61,471 nucleotides of DNA from IMG/VR virus record IMGVR_UViG_3300036987_000148, positions 1 to 61,471 of that record, one strand, 5' to 3'. The position numbers and the translations under genes were made by a program. Source of the DNA: a virus (taxonomy: Duplodnaviria; Caudoviricetes). The notes beneath the pieces are model-generated. The model made no database searches. It had not been told where the DNA came from and worked only from the letters and a program-made list of their open reading frames with translations. This document shows, in pieces, positions 40,201 to 50,100 of this stretch (position 1 is the first letter of the stretch; each line of letters begins with the position of its first letter).

Positions 40201-42666
40201 AGAATTGTAATGATAAGCAACAAAATCCAAGAAATGCTCGGTATCCACACTGGAAGAAAATACTAAAGAAGAATTGGTAACTCCCTTTGTTCCTTCGTGA
40301 TTTCTTCCGAGGGTATGCTTCAGGCAGACTAACCACCTGTCTCCGTTATACAAATCTCTTATGTAGTCAGTTTCTTCCCGAATATCATATGCGGGAATTT
40401 CCAGAACAAACTTTCCGTCATTCAGATCAATCGGAGAACGAACACAGTAAATCCGGTAATCTGAATAATCTGGATCGGGATTGCTGGTGTCGGAAGACCC
40501 GCTAGTTGTTCCCGCCAAGCCAATTATTGAAGAGGTCAGGAAGGGAGAATCAAAGAAAACCGGAGAGGCTTTATCTTCTTTCTTCGGAAAAACGACATTC
40601 GAAACCAGGGACCATTCAAGCAAATCTCTTCTTTCTCCGGGAACATTAATCTGAGAAACGCTATAATCGTAACTTGAAGATTCCTGATAGACCGTTGCAG
40701 AGAAGTTCAGAGGATGATTGAAGTTGACGTATTTCTTTTTCTTTGCCGTTTCACAATAGACGCTTTCATCCAGAACGATGTTTGCGTCATTCGCATAAAC
40801 CGATAATTTAACAAGACTTTCATCAATTCCGAAGCATCTCAAAAGATTGCGGAAGGATTCTTCTGTCCCCTTTGTCTTGTTGATTGCAGGTAGATTGTTG
40901 TAGATGTTATTATAAATCAGATTCTTTACGATGTCAATTTTTTCGGTAAAGGACTTTTCGTTACTTCTTCCTGCCAGAATCTCAACGATATCGACAGAGG
41001 CAAACAAATCAGGAACAATAAATCCTTGAGAAACAAGAGCCTTTGCGATATGGGATTTGCTTCTATACTTTTCATTCTGAGGATAGGTGGGTTGAGTTAG
41101 TTTAGGAAGTTCTTTGATTTGATGAAAGAGGGTATCCAAATAACTCGCAACGACCTGAAGGATGTTTGCCATCAATCCACTGGATTCTTCATCTTCTTCG
41201 ATGATCCAATTTGGTAAATGATTGATTAGCAGATTGTTGTTCTTGTCGTCCCTGAATTGTCCACGGGCAGAAAGTTCAACAAAAAGAGTCTCAACCTCTT
41301 CGTGATATGGGAAAAGAATCGGATCTTTTGCTTCGTTAAAATCAAACAGACCACTCTCATCGAAAGCAGAACCGGTTGAACGAGCATCAGAAACGTAATT
41401 TTCAATCAGTCCGTTGCTGATTCTGCCGGAATAATCCAGAACAATATTGTCTTTCGGGGAATCCAAAATTCCTTCGTTGAACTTGAAATACACTCCAAGA
41501 TCGGATATAATGTCTTCTTCTGAGTTTGCGCCGCCATCTACCTGACAGAACCAATTGGTTTGAATCTGTTTGCGAGTCCTTTGGACCTTCCAAAATCTAA
41601 ATTCATCAATCATTCCAGGCGCTAAACCTGAACCATCGGGAATAACTTCGGAAGAAGAGGAAACAGGACTTGTCCGATATGCGCAGATATTCGCGCTCAT
41701 CGTAGAAGAATAAGCAACCACGCCTACAGGTTCACAGGTAACTTTCTTCTCTTCGTAAAGTTTTCCATCAACATACAGTTCAATTTCCAAACCTGTCAAG
41801 GTATTCTTAACGGAAAATGAAAAATGATGCCATTCTCCTGCCAAAATCAAATCATTTAGGGTTTCGTCACCTAACGCGGAATACTCTACACCTTCCGAAT
41901 TTCCCTCGGAATCAACATTTTTGTAGGTTAGAAGGAACGGAGACTTCGAACTATAGAATACATTTGCCCTCTGAGGGGCATATTCAATCAAAAATCGAGC
42001 ATAAGAGGGGTCGTTGATGGTTACTTCATTCCAAACGTCCAGAAGGGCAAAAGAAGAGGATAACAGGGATGGATTTTCGCTGATTTTCTCTGCATCTAGT
42101 TTCCACCAAAATTCAACAGTATTTCCCCTGTCTCCATTGACATAAAAATTGTTTAACTGAAACTTCTCGGCATTGTAAATATTGGCTTTGTCCCTGCCGG
42201 AAATACCAGAACGATAACCTCCAACAACAGAAACAAAGCAATCTCCCGGATTTCTCCATTCTTCTGTCCAATTGAAAGATTCATATCCGAAATCAACAGA
42301 ACTGGTCGTCAAATTTCTAGCAGAAAAATCCAGATATCCAGTAGTTTTGGGATAAAGGTTGTCGAAAATATATCGATCCAGATAAGAGGAATCATTAATC
42401 CATTTCTGTTTTTCTCCACCAGAACCGTCATAAGGGAAGGTTCGATAAATTCTCTGTATTGAATCTTCATAATATCTCTTGGCGCTGCCGTAAAAGGCAA
42501 ATTCTTCAGGATCGGAAAAATCGATATCTGGAAAATAGGTTTCTCTCTCTACCGAAACCTCTTCAACCAGAGAACGGTCCACTCCAATCTTAGATCCTTG
42601 CTCTGCCAGAGAAGAATTTAGTGCCGGTCTTAGAGATTTGGAATTAAAAAGTTGTTTGATTCCCAT
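34273..42666 (-). CDS. Giant 2797-aa baseplate/tail protein with LamG (concanavalin A-like) domains
   Basis: TVEFW..WHHFSF..LYVDG..GMIDEFRFWK and GTLDEISIWNTPLT..I..LYN motifs; KGTEESFRNLLRCFG resembles a baseplate wedge motif. Confidence 0.75.
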   Translation of the reverse strand: MGIKQLFNSKSLRPALNSSLAEQGSKIGVDRSLVEEVSVERETYFPDIDFSDPEEFAFYGSAKRYYEDSIQRIYRTFPYDGSGGEKQKWINDSSYLDRYIFDNLYPKTTGYLDFSARNLTTSSVDFGYESFNWTEEWRNPGDCFVSVVGGYRSGISGRDKANIYNAEKFQLNNFYVNGDRGNTVEFWWKLDAEKISENPSLLSSSFALLDVWNEVTINDPSYARFLIEYAPQRANVFYSSKSPFLLTYKNVDSEGNSEGVEYSALGDETLNDLILAGEWHHFSFSVKNTLTGLEIELYVDGKLYEEKKVTCEPVGVVAYSSTMSANICAYRTSPVSSSSEVIPDGSGLAPGMIDEFRFWKVQRTRKQIQTNWFCQVDGGANSEEDIISDLGVYFKFNEGILDSPKDNIVLDYSGRISNGLIENYVSDARSTGSAFDESGLFDFNEAKDPILFPYHEEVETLFVELSARGQFRDDKNNNLLINHLPNWIIEEDEESSGLMANILQVVASYLDTLFHQIKELPKLTQPTYPQNEKYRSKSHIAKALVSQGFIVPDLFASVDIVEILAGRSNEKSFTEKIDIVKNLIYNNIYNNLPAINKTKGTEESFRNLLRCFGIDESLVKLSVYANDANIVLDESVYCETAKKKKYVNFNHPLNFSATVYQESSSYDYSVSQINVPGERRDLLEWSLVSNVVFPKKEDKASPVFFDSPFLTSSIIGLAGTTSGSSDTSNPDPDYSDYRIYCVRSPIDLNDGKFVLEIPAYDIREETDYIRDLYNGDRWLVCLKHTLGRNHEGTKGVTNSSLVFSSSVDTEHFLDFVAYHYNSDILQEEERITISELSSSYVPLFSDTIGPRVYVGARKDNLTGSAILKSDIQIGEVGFWLDSLSDENLREIAKTENFGHLHPSRINPILSLLNGKEIPNCDSKLLHWNFEIVSGSDATGQFEVVDISSGSSDGYLESHYSGKGIGFKVSDSDNVIGTEYYSCLSLNRPDELGTFDTVEISDHSETLIGNKSKFASGDFTFLFEKSPWHSISQEMLKWFAGIVDFNNLIGEPINKYRYSYKKLDVLKTLFFQKVESVSSVERYVEFYKWIDSNILFALGQLVPASANMIEAKGTTIESHVLERNKIVHKFPTIEFKDPDMSGVIEMGEFEGEIIETLEDSIIPFTIHGSKESDKTRYESVCLSGRKEHNLDFVQRNSSYASLPEPVVYPQKTNFTKVVRPKRENVFVNKFSSPGALDFSTEEYADRASAEYSPYNSMNFRNLLSRKDLNKKSQAHCDLFGESTIGETASFHKTNRNPKYVQDRNRVFYDNLFVQHSIPRSDRQYAWVSSSVSSSAELDSHLANDAEMDLIDKTKPFTSWMQTRISSLSVANVAREPSMIKLMDPPKETEFVLNGKTYRNISHKGQTTSSYDESPVSWFKSLKMILGSPQKEKELEVTLPYDSEISYFSNALINNALAMKKIEKPEVYANLRNSLVDKKDDEYKNLVFIDYARNIYPKASLVGNSKVRYKKNYDEVVGTGDNGFDRQTHRKIWDETRQDRGRTYPGTINAVGKADFRNSVWQLDASGSDNSVGRGIGGELNNYGFGYRAFTGHDITYFLPATASILFSEFNRINFPETSEDGMPDWMAGLESGLAPWFDEYSEFVQDLLPLAQGYGIIPEFRISDLIPYYVEEKGGDFRASLADKFRLEGSAVVTSSGFSGRENAQFFNYHGHSDSLSGVEELQEDNPNLKQEVFRLKCSALKKLLPHNGFYPMQRTVQLATLFSSSYGPNISGYSETPTVLTNSLEQQDQWKMQALLQPFYAPGIIYNTVKSGIACDWAAYIGSTNVLETVQPFSYKGLKMHPETPSVDFSWAHSVATASYEAGTMLTMSQDVGMSFWFAGTKFMQNTELENVLNYFGFDWFSFADVGNFGYRGNIRREIFDGTDVLKFIVVFQNEDPTSNFHTYTARIPFSDLKLEKNLDDDKLNHFAFSFDLSEPTSSADRLRLYFEGERIPDDSISKSFTGGEITELNTGSVGSDFFYIQSTGFKSAVGDEFLEYGTLDEISIWNTPLTDAHIQSLYNRGTPGDISQTRFNLPLQNCATWWRMGEGLGAVDVTIRNALEPTEEREVLKFNPEYAEIVSVNTNTVGLIQNSPNFRIPFETVLNLDNYIPHTTDTTSEAERIYLLTPSWYTYADPEEVDSTRYPYFVWNGEKESFLYDLAVQNFFGELPKFFLKNSGLTTILSKKEGEFLSMDANTTYYMDVCLNSKEGNQVFSPTDFSGSYNGRYFGPAVNFVPGGTNPLDRPINCADTDSAVADPAYAPYAPPYFYGKSIARLSFTPIENRRYSLNEILAGLNVEIVHDELNLKALDAARLFCESSGTFGDNTGEPFELSDIISQPALRSAMSVTSSVNIFGITKQKETQFDGTGFNPTSLREPSNSSFDSWAIYPRMETPVFDFNDVSKESGRGPYGMWINYGNEFTSSRGIYLSVEESFKNRATAEASAQAGTGSLLSVCGFQPVVRRLGEVAPNKEIKEAVVAIPFLDRPSTKEEADTTKFGNRYFFKINKDALQQQKARKEKKEPIIKPGEVGQSKEIYGTSITNLLEKMEKYVFPPEFDFLTYDYLRENQPFVMYITEFSTLLDKEDLSNIWQGLMPKPARRAEKEESEIVHPLNASEFFHGKKIPEDIRWLVFKVKQKGEKSYYNLTADSKDDNRFRFDFKVGGERKPEYSYNYPYDFCSLVEYAKIEVGLGLREKEESSEEVTISEGSNLRELTSIPLTTVPRTPIPGVTVRNFADLSPGVQREIKSNVRTKIPKIRI

Positions 42667-42699
42667 AAGATTGTTTTTACCCTATCGCTAGGATAATTA

Positions 42700-44076
42700 T
42701 CAATCAACCCGGAAATTGTATGTTTGTGGACAAACTTTAAAATTGTCCATTGTTGAGTAACCTAATTGGATGGCATATTTGAATCCAGGCTCTAGCATAT
42801 CAACGTTAAGATCAAAATAATTGCCAGAAGGATAGGTTGAAAGTTTTGTATACTCTACGCTTCCTGTTCCGAACGAAACAACCTCATAGTTATCCGCTAA
42901 CCGATAGATACGGAAATAAAGATTATCCAAAGATTCATAACGATTGTTGAATCTCTGAACCATTGTATAGGAATTGGGAAACCAGTTCTTCTTTCGAACC
43001 ACAAAAGAAAATCTCGCCTTCTCGTCAGAATCGTAATTTGGTTTGAAGTTTCTCGGTTGAACAATATAATCGTCTTCGAAGTTATCTTCAGAAGAATTCC
43101 GAACAACAATAGAACCGGTGAAATAACAGGATTCCAGATTTTCGGAAAACCACTTGTCATAAATCAAGGAAGAAGTTGTGAACAATTCAACAGAAGCCGT
43201 ATAGACTCCAGAACTTACCTGTCCCCCGGTTATCACAGAAAGATTAAGAGGAACAGAGTCGGTTGGTTCGTCATAAAGATTGACATAAACCGAACTTGGA
43301 TTTCCAGGAAGGTTGACCAAGTTTCCCCTTATGTAGTTATAGAAGAAGACAACATTCGAGTTGTCCGGATTGTTGGAAGAACTCACATAGAATGAATTTC
43401 TTCTGTCCAGAACAGAATCATCCCAACGTGCTTCAATGATTGGTTTCTTGAAAAAGAATTCAGAACCTCTTGCAAAAAACTTCTTAGTGTAATATGATTC
43501 TTCCGCCGTTTCAAAAGAAGAAGACAGGCGAATTCCAATTCCGTTGTTTTCTGTTGAACCGGAAATCCAATCTCTAACCAAAGAGGTTATGTCCAGTTCG
43601 ATATCTTCCTCTCCGGAATCCAAATACTGAGAATAGATATCTCCGATGTAATCTCCACCGGGTTGATCCCAGGCAACTCCGTTGCTGGCAGAAACCCAGG
43701 TAACATCGCCAGTGTCCAAATAACTCTCCATATCCAGCCCGATTCCCTCTACCCAAGAAGAAGAAACGGCTTGAGCGAGTAAGGTATACTGCCGGGGAAG
43801 AGTCTGCCCGTGAGGGGCATTAAAGACCCGCAAGACATATTGAGAATCTTCCGAAAGAACTCCAGAATTAATATCAGTCGCAATTGAATCAATAGGAAAT
43901 TTCAGCAAAATTCTGGAAAGTTCAGAGGATTCAAGACCGTCCCGATCATAAATCGAAAAAATTTCCATGGAATCAGAAGCCCCCATGTTTGAACCTGTTG
44001 CTCGACTTGACAAATTTTCCTTAAGGGAATTGGTTATTGTACTGTCAGCAGTTGCAATGTATCTTCTTAATGCCAT
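42700..44076 (-). CDS. Structural protein with DNRLRE/CBM96-like domain
   Basis: ADSTI..SNMG..SRILLKF, SWVEG.G, WDQPGGD, LDITSLVRDWISG..NNG, P.IEARWDD. Confidence 0.6.
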   Translation of the reverse strand: MALRRYIATADSTITNSLKENLSSRATGSNMGASDSMEIFSIYDRDGLESSELSRILLKFPIDSIATDINSGVLSEDSQYVLRVFNAPHGQTLPRQYTLLAQAVSSSWVEGIGLDMESYLDTGDVTWVSASNGVAWDQPGGDYIGDIYSQYLDSGEEDIELDITSLVRDWISGSTENNGIGIRLSSSFETAEESYYTKKFFARGSEFFFKKPIIEARWDDSVLDRRNSFYVSSSNNPDNSNVVFFYNYIRGNLVNLPGNPSSVYVNLYDEPTDSVPLNLSVITGGQVSSGVYTASVELFTTSSLIYDKWFSENLESCYFTGSIVVRNSSEDNFEDDYIVQPRNFKPNYDSDEKARFSFVVRKKNWFPNSYTMVQRFNNRYESLDNLYFRIYRLADNYEVVSFGTGSVEYTKLSTYPSGNYFDLNVDMLEPGFKYAIQLGYSTMDNFKVCPQTYNFRVD

Positions 44077-44086
44077 TTTATTTTCC

Positions 44087-44953
44087 TTATCTGAATCTCT
44101 CTAACAATTTCGGGTTGGTATAGGGAGATTCAATAACCAATTTTCTATCACTATAGTCCTTATCCGGAGGAATCCTACCAATATAATCGAAACGTACAGG
44201 AACAAAACTCCAATGTTCGTTACTTATGAACATATCCGGCAGGAAATATATCTTTGAAAATGCAAGCCTATCGAATTCCTGAAATGGTGCCTCTGGTTTT
44301 GCAAATTTATCTTTTGCTGTTCCGTTTTTCTCTATGTAATTTTCGAGTGCATCCAAAACATTATCATAGAAAAAAATCAATTTCATCTGATGCAAATAAT
44401 CATCCAAATACTCGTTTTTTGATTTGAATTCCTCTAATAGTTCCTTGAAGGCTATACGATATTTTTCATAAAAAGAATCAAGTCTTCCCTCATAACTCTC
44501 AATATCTTGAAATATCTCAAAAAATTTCTCTTTACTTGGGAGTTTGAGTCCAAACCCCTCTCCCAAGGGAGCCTGTAATCTCTTTTTGAATAATTCGGTA
44601 ACTCTATAAATTCCTTTTGTTTGATTTGTTCCAAAAACATAACCAGTTCGCGAAGTTTGTTTTGCGAAAAAACAACTAAAAATGTCCGTCCCCAAGGAAA
44701 CGCGAGGATTGCTGGAATCTTCCGCCATCATGGTATTTGGACTTATTCTCGGAACCTGAACAACTTTCAAACCTTCTGAAGTCTGCTCTTTCTGAAAGAC
44801 CGTATCGTTTTCACGATTAATTGGATTTGATTCTGCAACATAAAAATATTTGTAGAAAGGTTCAACCTGCTCAAAAGAAACAACACTCGCGATATTTTTC
44901 TTCTCTACCGATTCTTCCAACAGGAAGGAATTCCATCTTTGCAAGTCAATCAT
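44087..44953 (-). CDS. Hypothetical protein, possible ADP-ribosyltransferase-like fold
   Basis: PRISP...EDSSNPRVSLG..IFSC and PD...NEHW; leader ends FLLEE. Confidence 0.35.
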   Translation of the reverse strand: MIDLQRWNSFLLEESVEKKNIASVVSFEQVEPFYKYFYVAESNPINRENDTVFQKEQTSEGLKVVQVPRISPNTMMAEDSSNPRVSLGTDIFSCFFAKQTSRTGYVFGTNQTKGIYRVTELFKKRLQAPLGEGFGLKLPSKEKFFEIFQDIESYEGRLDSFYEKYRIAFKELLEEFKSKNEYLDDYLHQMKLIFFYDNVLDALENYIEKNGTAKDKFAKPEAPFQEFDRLAFSKIYFLPDMFISNEHWSFVPVRFDYIGRIPPDKDYSDRKLVIESPYTNPKLLERFR

Positions 44954-44957
44954 CTTC

Positions 44958-46751
44958 TTAGATTATTCTCCCCGTGATATCAGAGAAGGGATATTTAATC
45001 TCAAAAATGACATTCTGCGGACACTTGACAAATAAGCCATCATCCGAATAATTCTTCTCCGGATCAAAAACCACAGAAGAATAGACCATATCTCCAACTG
45101 TCCCCTTCTTCTGTTTGATTTTGATATTCGTTACATCCAACAATCCCTTGATCTTCTTGCAAGAATTATAAACCTCAGTTATGGGGAAATTCTCTCCGAC
45201 ATTCAACTTGAGTAAGAAATCTCGAATCAATTGATTCTGCGCTTCCCGAAGAATATCTGAGGAACCCCTGAACGTATCTCCAATTGCCTCAAAATGAATT
45301 CCTAAATTGACGACAAAGGCATCTTCGATTGATATCAGATCATTGAGCATTTTATGTTTGGTTAACCAAGTCTTGACATTTTCTTTAACTGTCGTGTTCG
45401 CTGATACTAGATTCCCGTTTGAATCCTCACAAATCAGATAAATCTCTACCTTCTTTTTGTTTTTGCCCGGTTGAACTCCAACCCTCTTGACCCTGCCAAA
45501 CATCGGGGGCATGTTGTAAATCAATGAAGCGTAATCCAGAGAGGTTACTGCCCTTTTTTGATTTGCAAAGGAACCATAAATTCTCTCTTTAATTTCTTCG
45601 ATTGAGGATAGCCTAACGTCCCCAACAGCAGGTTCTTCGTTGTCAACCTCTAGGGATTCGCGAATGCTTACCAACTTCGTAGAATCCAGCGATTCAACGT
45701 CGTCAAAGACCAATCTACCAGAGACAACAGAATTGATTGAACCAACAGAAGCGTTAACATTCTCTGCGGTGTTATACCGATAATTGACGGTCAATCTAGT
45801 ATTGGAGGGAACAACTCCAAATTTATCAGTATTCAGAAGTTTGTTTGGATCAAAACTGACATCCGAAATGTAATTCTTCCCGATGGTTTTTAGCAAAACA
45901 TTGGAAGGATCTACGAATTCCGTATCGACCAGGGTGGAATCAGAACCAAAACCAAATTGAAGGAACGTTTTTCTTCTCTCTCTGTCTGTCTTAAAGCGAC
46001 GAGAAACCAATTTGGGTTTCAGAATGTTTGGTGCTAAATCTCTGTCGGTCCCTCTATTCAGTACAGGAACATAGACGACGTTCTGACTTAGATGATCTAC
46101 CTCAAAATATTCTCTTCCTTCCGAATCAAAAACAGATTCAATCTCTGAGATATCCTGCTTCGATAATTCCAAACGCAGAAACTTCTTGTAACTTCCAACG
46201 GTAATTGTCTCTGAACTTCGCAGACCTGAGATTATCTGTCCAAATGCCTTAACCGCATAACTTAAAGGATTTCCAGAAGAATCCCTTTGCGCAACAACTA
46301 CCTGATTGTTTTCGTTTTTAAAATCAACGTCTTCCACCAAAATGAAGTTGGTTCCTGCATCTCCGGAGAATACAGAATTTCGTTGAAGAATTGGAAGATA
46401 TTTTGTATCGGGTCCGGAACCTTCAGAATTGATAGGAACATTTACGAAAAAAGAAGCCAGAGTGGAAGAAGTTGCGGATTCACTATGCTTGTATCCTCCG
46501 GTCTTTCCATGGCGCAAAATATTGACAATCTCAATCGCAGATTCAAGCATCGATTCGTTTGCCTGATAATCCAGATAAAAGGAAAGAATATCGCCTACAT
46601 AAGCAACCAAATCAACCAAAAGAGCATTAATTCCTGCTTCGTTCAGATCCTTGAAGGTATCAGGATAGTATTTTTTCGCATACTCCACCAAAGCAATCTT
46701 GATTGATTCGAAATCTCTGTCTGTGTATTTGATGTTTGGAATCTTACGCAA
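44958..46751 (-). CDS. Baseplate wedge subunit (T4 gp6-like)
   Basis: YTDRDFESIK..L, AYVGDILSFYLDYQANE..L..A, LQFG.G, QKRAVTSLDY; TTG start. Confidence 0.88.
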   Translation of the reverse strand: MRKIPNIKYTDRDFESIKIALVEYAKKYYPDTFKDLNEAGINALLVDLVAYVGDILSFYLDYQANESMLESAIEIVNILRHGKTGGYKHSESATSSTLASFFVNVPINSEGSGPDTKYLPILQRNSVFSGDAGTNFILVEDVDFKNENNQVVVAQRDSSGNPLSYAVKAFGQIISGLRSSETITVGSYKKFLRLELSKQDISEIESVFDSEGREYFEVDHLSQNVVYVPVLNRGTDRDLAPNILKPKLVSRRFKTDRERRKTFLQFGFGSDSTLVDTEFVDPSNVLLKTIGKNYISDVSFDPNKLLNTDKFGVVPSNTRLTVNYRYNTAENVNASVGSINSVVSGRLVFDDVESLDSTKLVSIRESLEVDNEEPAVGDVRLSSIEEIKERIYGSFANQKRAVTSLDYASLIYNMPPMFGRVKRVGVQPGKNKKKVEIYLICEDSNGNLVSANTTVKENVKTWLTKHKMLNDLISIEDAFVVNLGIHFEAIGDTFRGSSDILREAQNQLIRDFLLKLNVGENFPITEVYNSCKKIKGLLDVTNIKIKQKKGTVGDMVYSSVVFDPEKNYSDDGLFVKCPQNVIFEIKYPFSDITGRII

Positions 46752-46765
46752 ATCCTAACCCTCTT

Positions 46766-47170
46766 CTAATTAACTCGCGACAAAATCAGCCGTCTATCGA
46801 GTTTCAAACTTCCACTAATAGATAGTGGTTTGACGAAATAAAAAATCTGAATGTTTACAAAGGTACCTTCCATATCTATGTCTTCCTCCGAAGAAAAAAG
46901 AACCTCTTTGATTGCCAAGAACGGCATGTATTTGTTAACCTGGGATTCGATTCTTCCTCGAATTAATTCATAAGTGACCCCTATGTTCGGAGAAAAAAGA
47001 AAGGTACTCATTCCAACTCCAAATCTAGGGTCCATTACTCTCTCTCCTGGATTAGTCAGCAATAAATTCTTGAGATTTTGCTGGATTAATTCAAGATAAT
47101 CCGAAATCATGGAGATTCCTCCAGGGTGATTCGAATTCTGAGACAGTGGTAATTTAGGTGCCAAAAACAT
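46766..47170 (-). CDS. Baseplate gp25-like protein (sheath initiator)
   Basis: IQQNLKNLLLTNPGERVMDPRFGVG. Confidence 0.9.
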   Translation of the reverse strand: MFLAPKLPLSQNSNHPGGISMISDYLELIQQNLKNLLLTNPGERVMDPRFGVGMSTFLFSPNIGVTYELIRGRIESQVNKYMPFLAIKEVLFSSEEDIDMEGTFVNIQIFYFVKPLSISGSLKLDRRLILSRVN

Positions 47171-50100
47171 TATTCAATTTCTTCCTCTGCCAATTCCGCA
47201 CACTCTTCAGAAATGAAGGGATCTTCTTCTTCCTTTTTGTCGTCCTTGTGTAACCCTAAATAAATCCAACCAAAAGGAGTCAGAGGTATCGCAAAATTCA
47301 GTTTGGTCGCAATGAAAGAAAGAGACTTGTTAATTCCCTTTGCTTTCAGTTTTTCCTGAATTTTCATTGACAGATTAATATTCAAATCCGTCAACTTGAC
47401 GATTGCCTTCAGAATGTGAATCGGGGCTTCTTTGATTATCTTTGCAAAGATTTTTGCAAAACTTCCCGATTCTCCTTTCGCAAATTCCGCCAGTCCTACG
47501 TTTCCGCCAAGTGCTTCAATATCTGAATCAGAGTAATTAGGATTTCCAACAGATTTCAAACTATTAAAGGCTCTTTTCAATTGCGTCTTTGTTGCGCTCA
47601 GAGAATTATCTGTTCCTTGGTAGATGTCCACCAAATCTGAACAAATCAAAGAGAGATAAGAGTTGAAAACCGAGATTGGAAAGCACTCCAGAAACCACAG
47701 ATTGAAAACTGGTTGCTTAAACAGTTTGGATCTTAGTTCACGACCCTTGTTATTTCTATCTTTCAAAACATCGCTTACTTTGCTCCATAAATCGAAGACG
47801 TTTTCAAATTCAACCTTTTCCTCAATTTCCAAAACAGGAACATTGAGAAATTGAACAATCCCTTTATCCGCCCGAAGTTCATCCACCACGAAAGAACCAT
47901 TAAGTTTGTTCTCTTTCAAGAGAAGAGGATCTACAGAATTAATCCAACCGGTTCCCTCTTTCGAAAACATATGTTTCCCTGAGGGAATTATCAACAATTT
48001 AACAAAGAAAGAAACACGCTTAATGTCCGGATTTGTATACCTATTTTGCGCAAGGAACAAATCGAATTCACTGAAGGAGTAAAGTTTTTTCTCCCTTTCT
48101 GCTTCGAATTCAACATAGACCCTCTGTTCGATTACCAAATTTGAATCCGAAGGTTTAACAACCTCTTCATTAATTTTTGCACGATTAGATTGTAAATATC
48201 TTGGTTCTCCATCAATAAAATCAATAACATTAACGTGACTGGCAAAATATTCCTCTGCTTGTGTAACTCTCATATCGGATTCTGTTCCATCTGTAAATCC
48301 TGCCTTTTGCGCAATCTTGATAAAATCAGACTTGACATCTTGCCATTCTTTTGTAAGCAATGGAACAAATACTCGATATTCATCTTCATCTTTTTCGTTG
48401 ATGAGAGAGGATTCTAAGAATCCTGACTCAACTAGTCGGTTATGAAGATCTACAAGTTTTTCGTAAATTGCAGCATAATAATCTGCGTCAATTGAATAGT
48501 TAACGCGCAAATCCCTAGCAATACTCTTCGCTAAAATCTTCAAGAGTTTGGTATCTTTTTCCTTCAAAGGATTCGTAAAATCGATTGACTCCCAAACAAA
48601 AATTGATTTCATGAAGAATTCGACCAGATAAACCCTTAAAAGCGTTGTAACAACGGCATCAATCGATTTTTCTTCAAGATCATTCTGAGAGATTCTTTCT
48701 CCCTTTTCGTTGACAATAACAGGGCGTCCAGGACACATTAAATTCTTCAAGGAACCCAAAATAATTTCTTTTGCATTGTCGATTCCCAACAAATCAATCT
48801 CTGGTCGTTTTGAGACTTGACAACGTGCCGTTCTTTCATTTTGATTATAGGAGGGTACCAATCTCAATTTGTTGATGTTTTCTCCCTGTATTAACTCCGA
48901 ATTCCGAATTGAGTTTGACTGATCCTGAAGAATCTTTTTAACGATTTGAAGATAGGCTTCCCGATACAGCGGTTTTATTTCGGAGAAGTCGATATTCTTT
49001 CCAAAGGTGGTCTTGTGCAGGTTGATAATGAAGTCCACAAAATAATCTTCAGCGAAGGATGATTCTTTGCCCGCCAGGGTTGCATATTTAATGTTTGAGG
49101 GCAGGGTAGAATCATAGACGATATCTATCCCTCCTTGTTCCAAAGACTTCGGGAAAATCAGATTTATACTCTGTTTTTCCTTCCTTTTGAGGTCGTCTAA
49201 CTCTTCTTGGATGTTAATATCGGCAGTAAACTGTTGAAATTCTTGAAGTTGTTGAGCGGTTTCAGGATCTTCTTCGATATTAATTCCTTTAATTTTCTCG
49301 TTGACTCGATCCAACTCAGCAAGAGCATCAGAAATCGGATAATCATATTGAAGCGACCTAACATATTCAAGGTCGGAAAATTCCGCCTTTTCAATTTGTT
49401 TCTCAAATTTTTGAAGCGCAGACTTAACCTCTGGAAGAACTTCATTTGTCGTTCCTCTTCCCCCTTCCTGTATTTTTTCCACAAAGAAACTGGAGCGGAT
49501 TGACTCGATATCTTCATTGAAACTCATATTGGTCGCCTCAAATAATACGTTAACCGTTTTCTCTGCCGCAAATTTCATTGAATCTGTTGGTTCAATTCCT
49601 CCAAGTTCAGAATCACAAGGATTGATTCTGTCAAAAATAGAAGAGGGATCTTTCGATAATTTCAGAAGTTCTTCGTAGTGAACCGCCAAGGCTTCCTGAA
49701 TCAGTTCCTTCTGTCTGCCTAATTGTTCGGGAGTCATGCAAGGATCCCTAAGTTGCAATAATTTTGTTCGGATCTTCTCGAATTCTTCTGCCGATGAGTT
49801 ATCACAAAGACCATCCAAGGAAACATCAGAATCCCCGGAAAGCAAATCTTCGCAGAAATTGACTCCCAAGGTTCTTCCTATCTCGGAAAAAAGATTCTCT
49901 ATTTCTTCTCTAAGTTCTAGTTTCTGTAATTCGCTATAATTTCCAGTTCTTATCAGTGTTTCTACCAAATCTAAAACATCGTCAGATGCCTGTTTCTCTA
50001 GCAGGGAACAAAGTTCATAAGGACTCAAAACTGCGCTGATATCGGGGAGAACATCCTGCAAATCTTTAAGGATACCAGCGCCAAATCGATTTCCAAGTTC

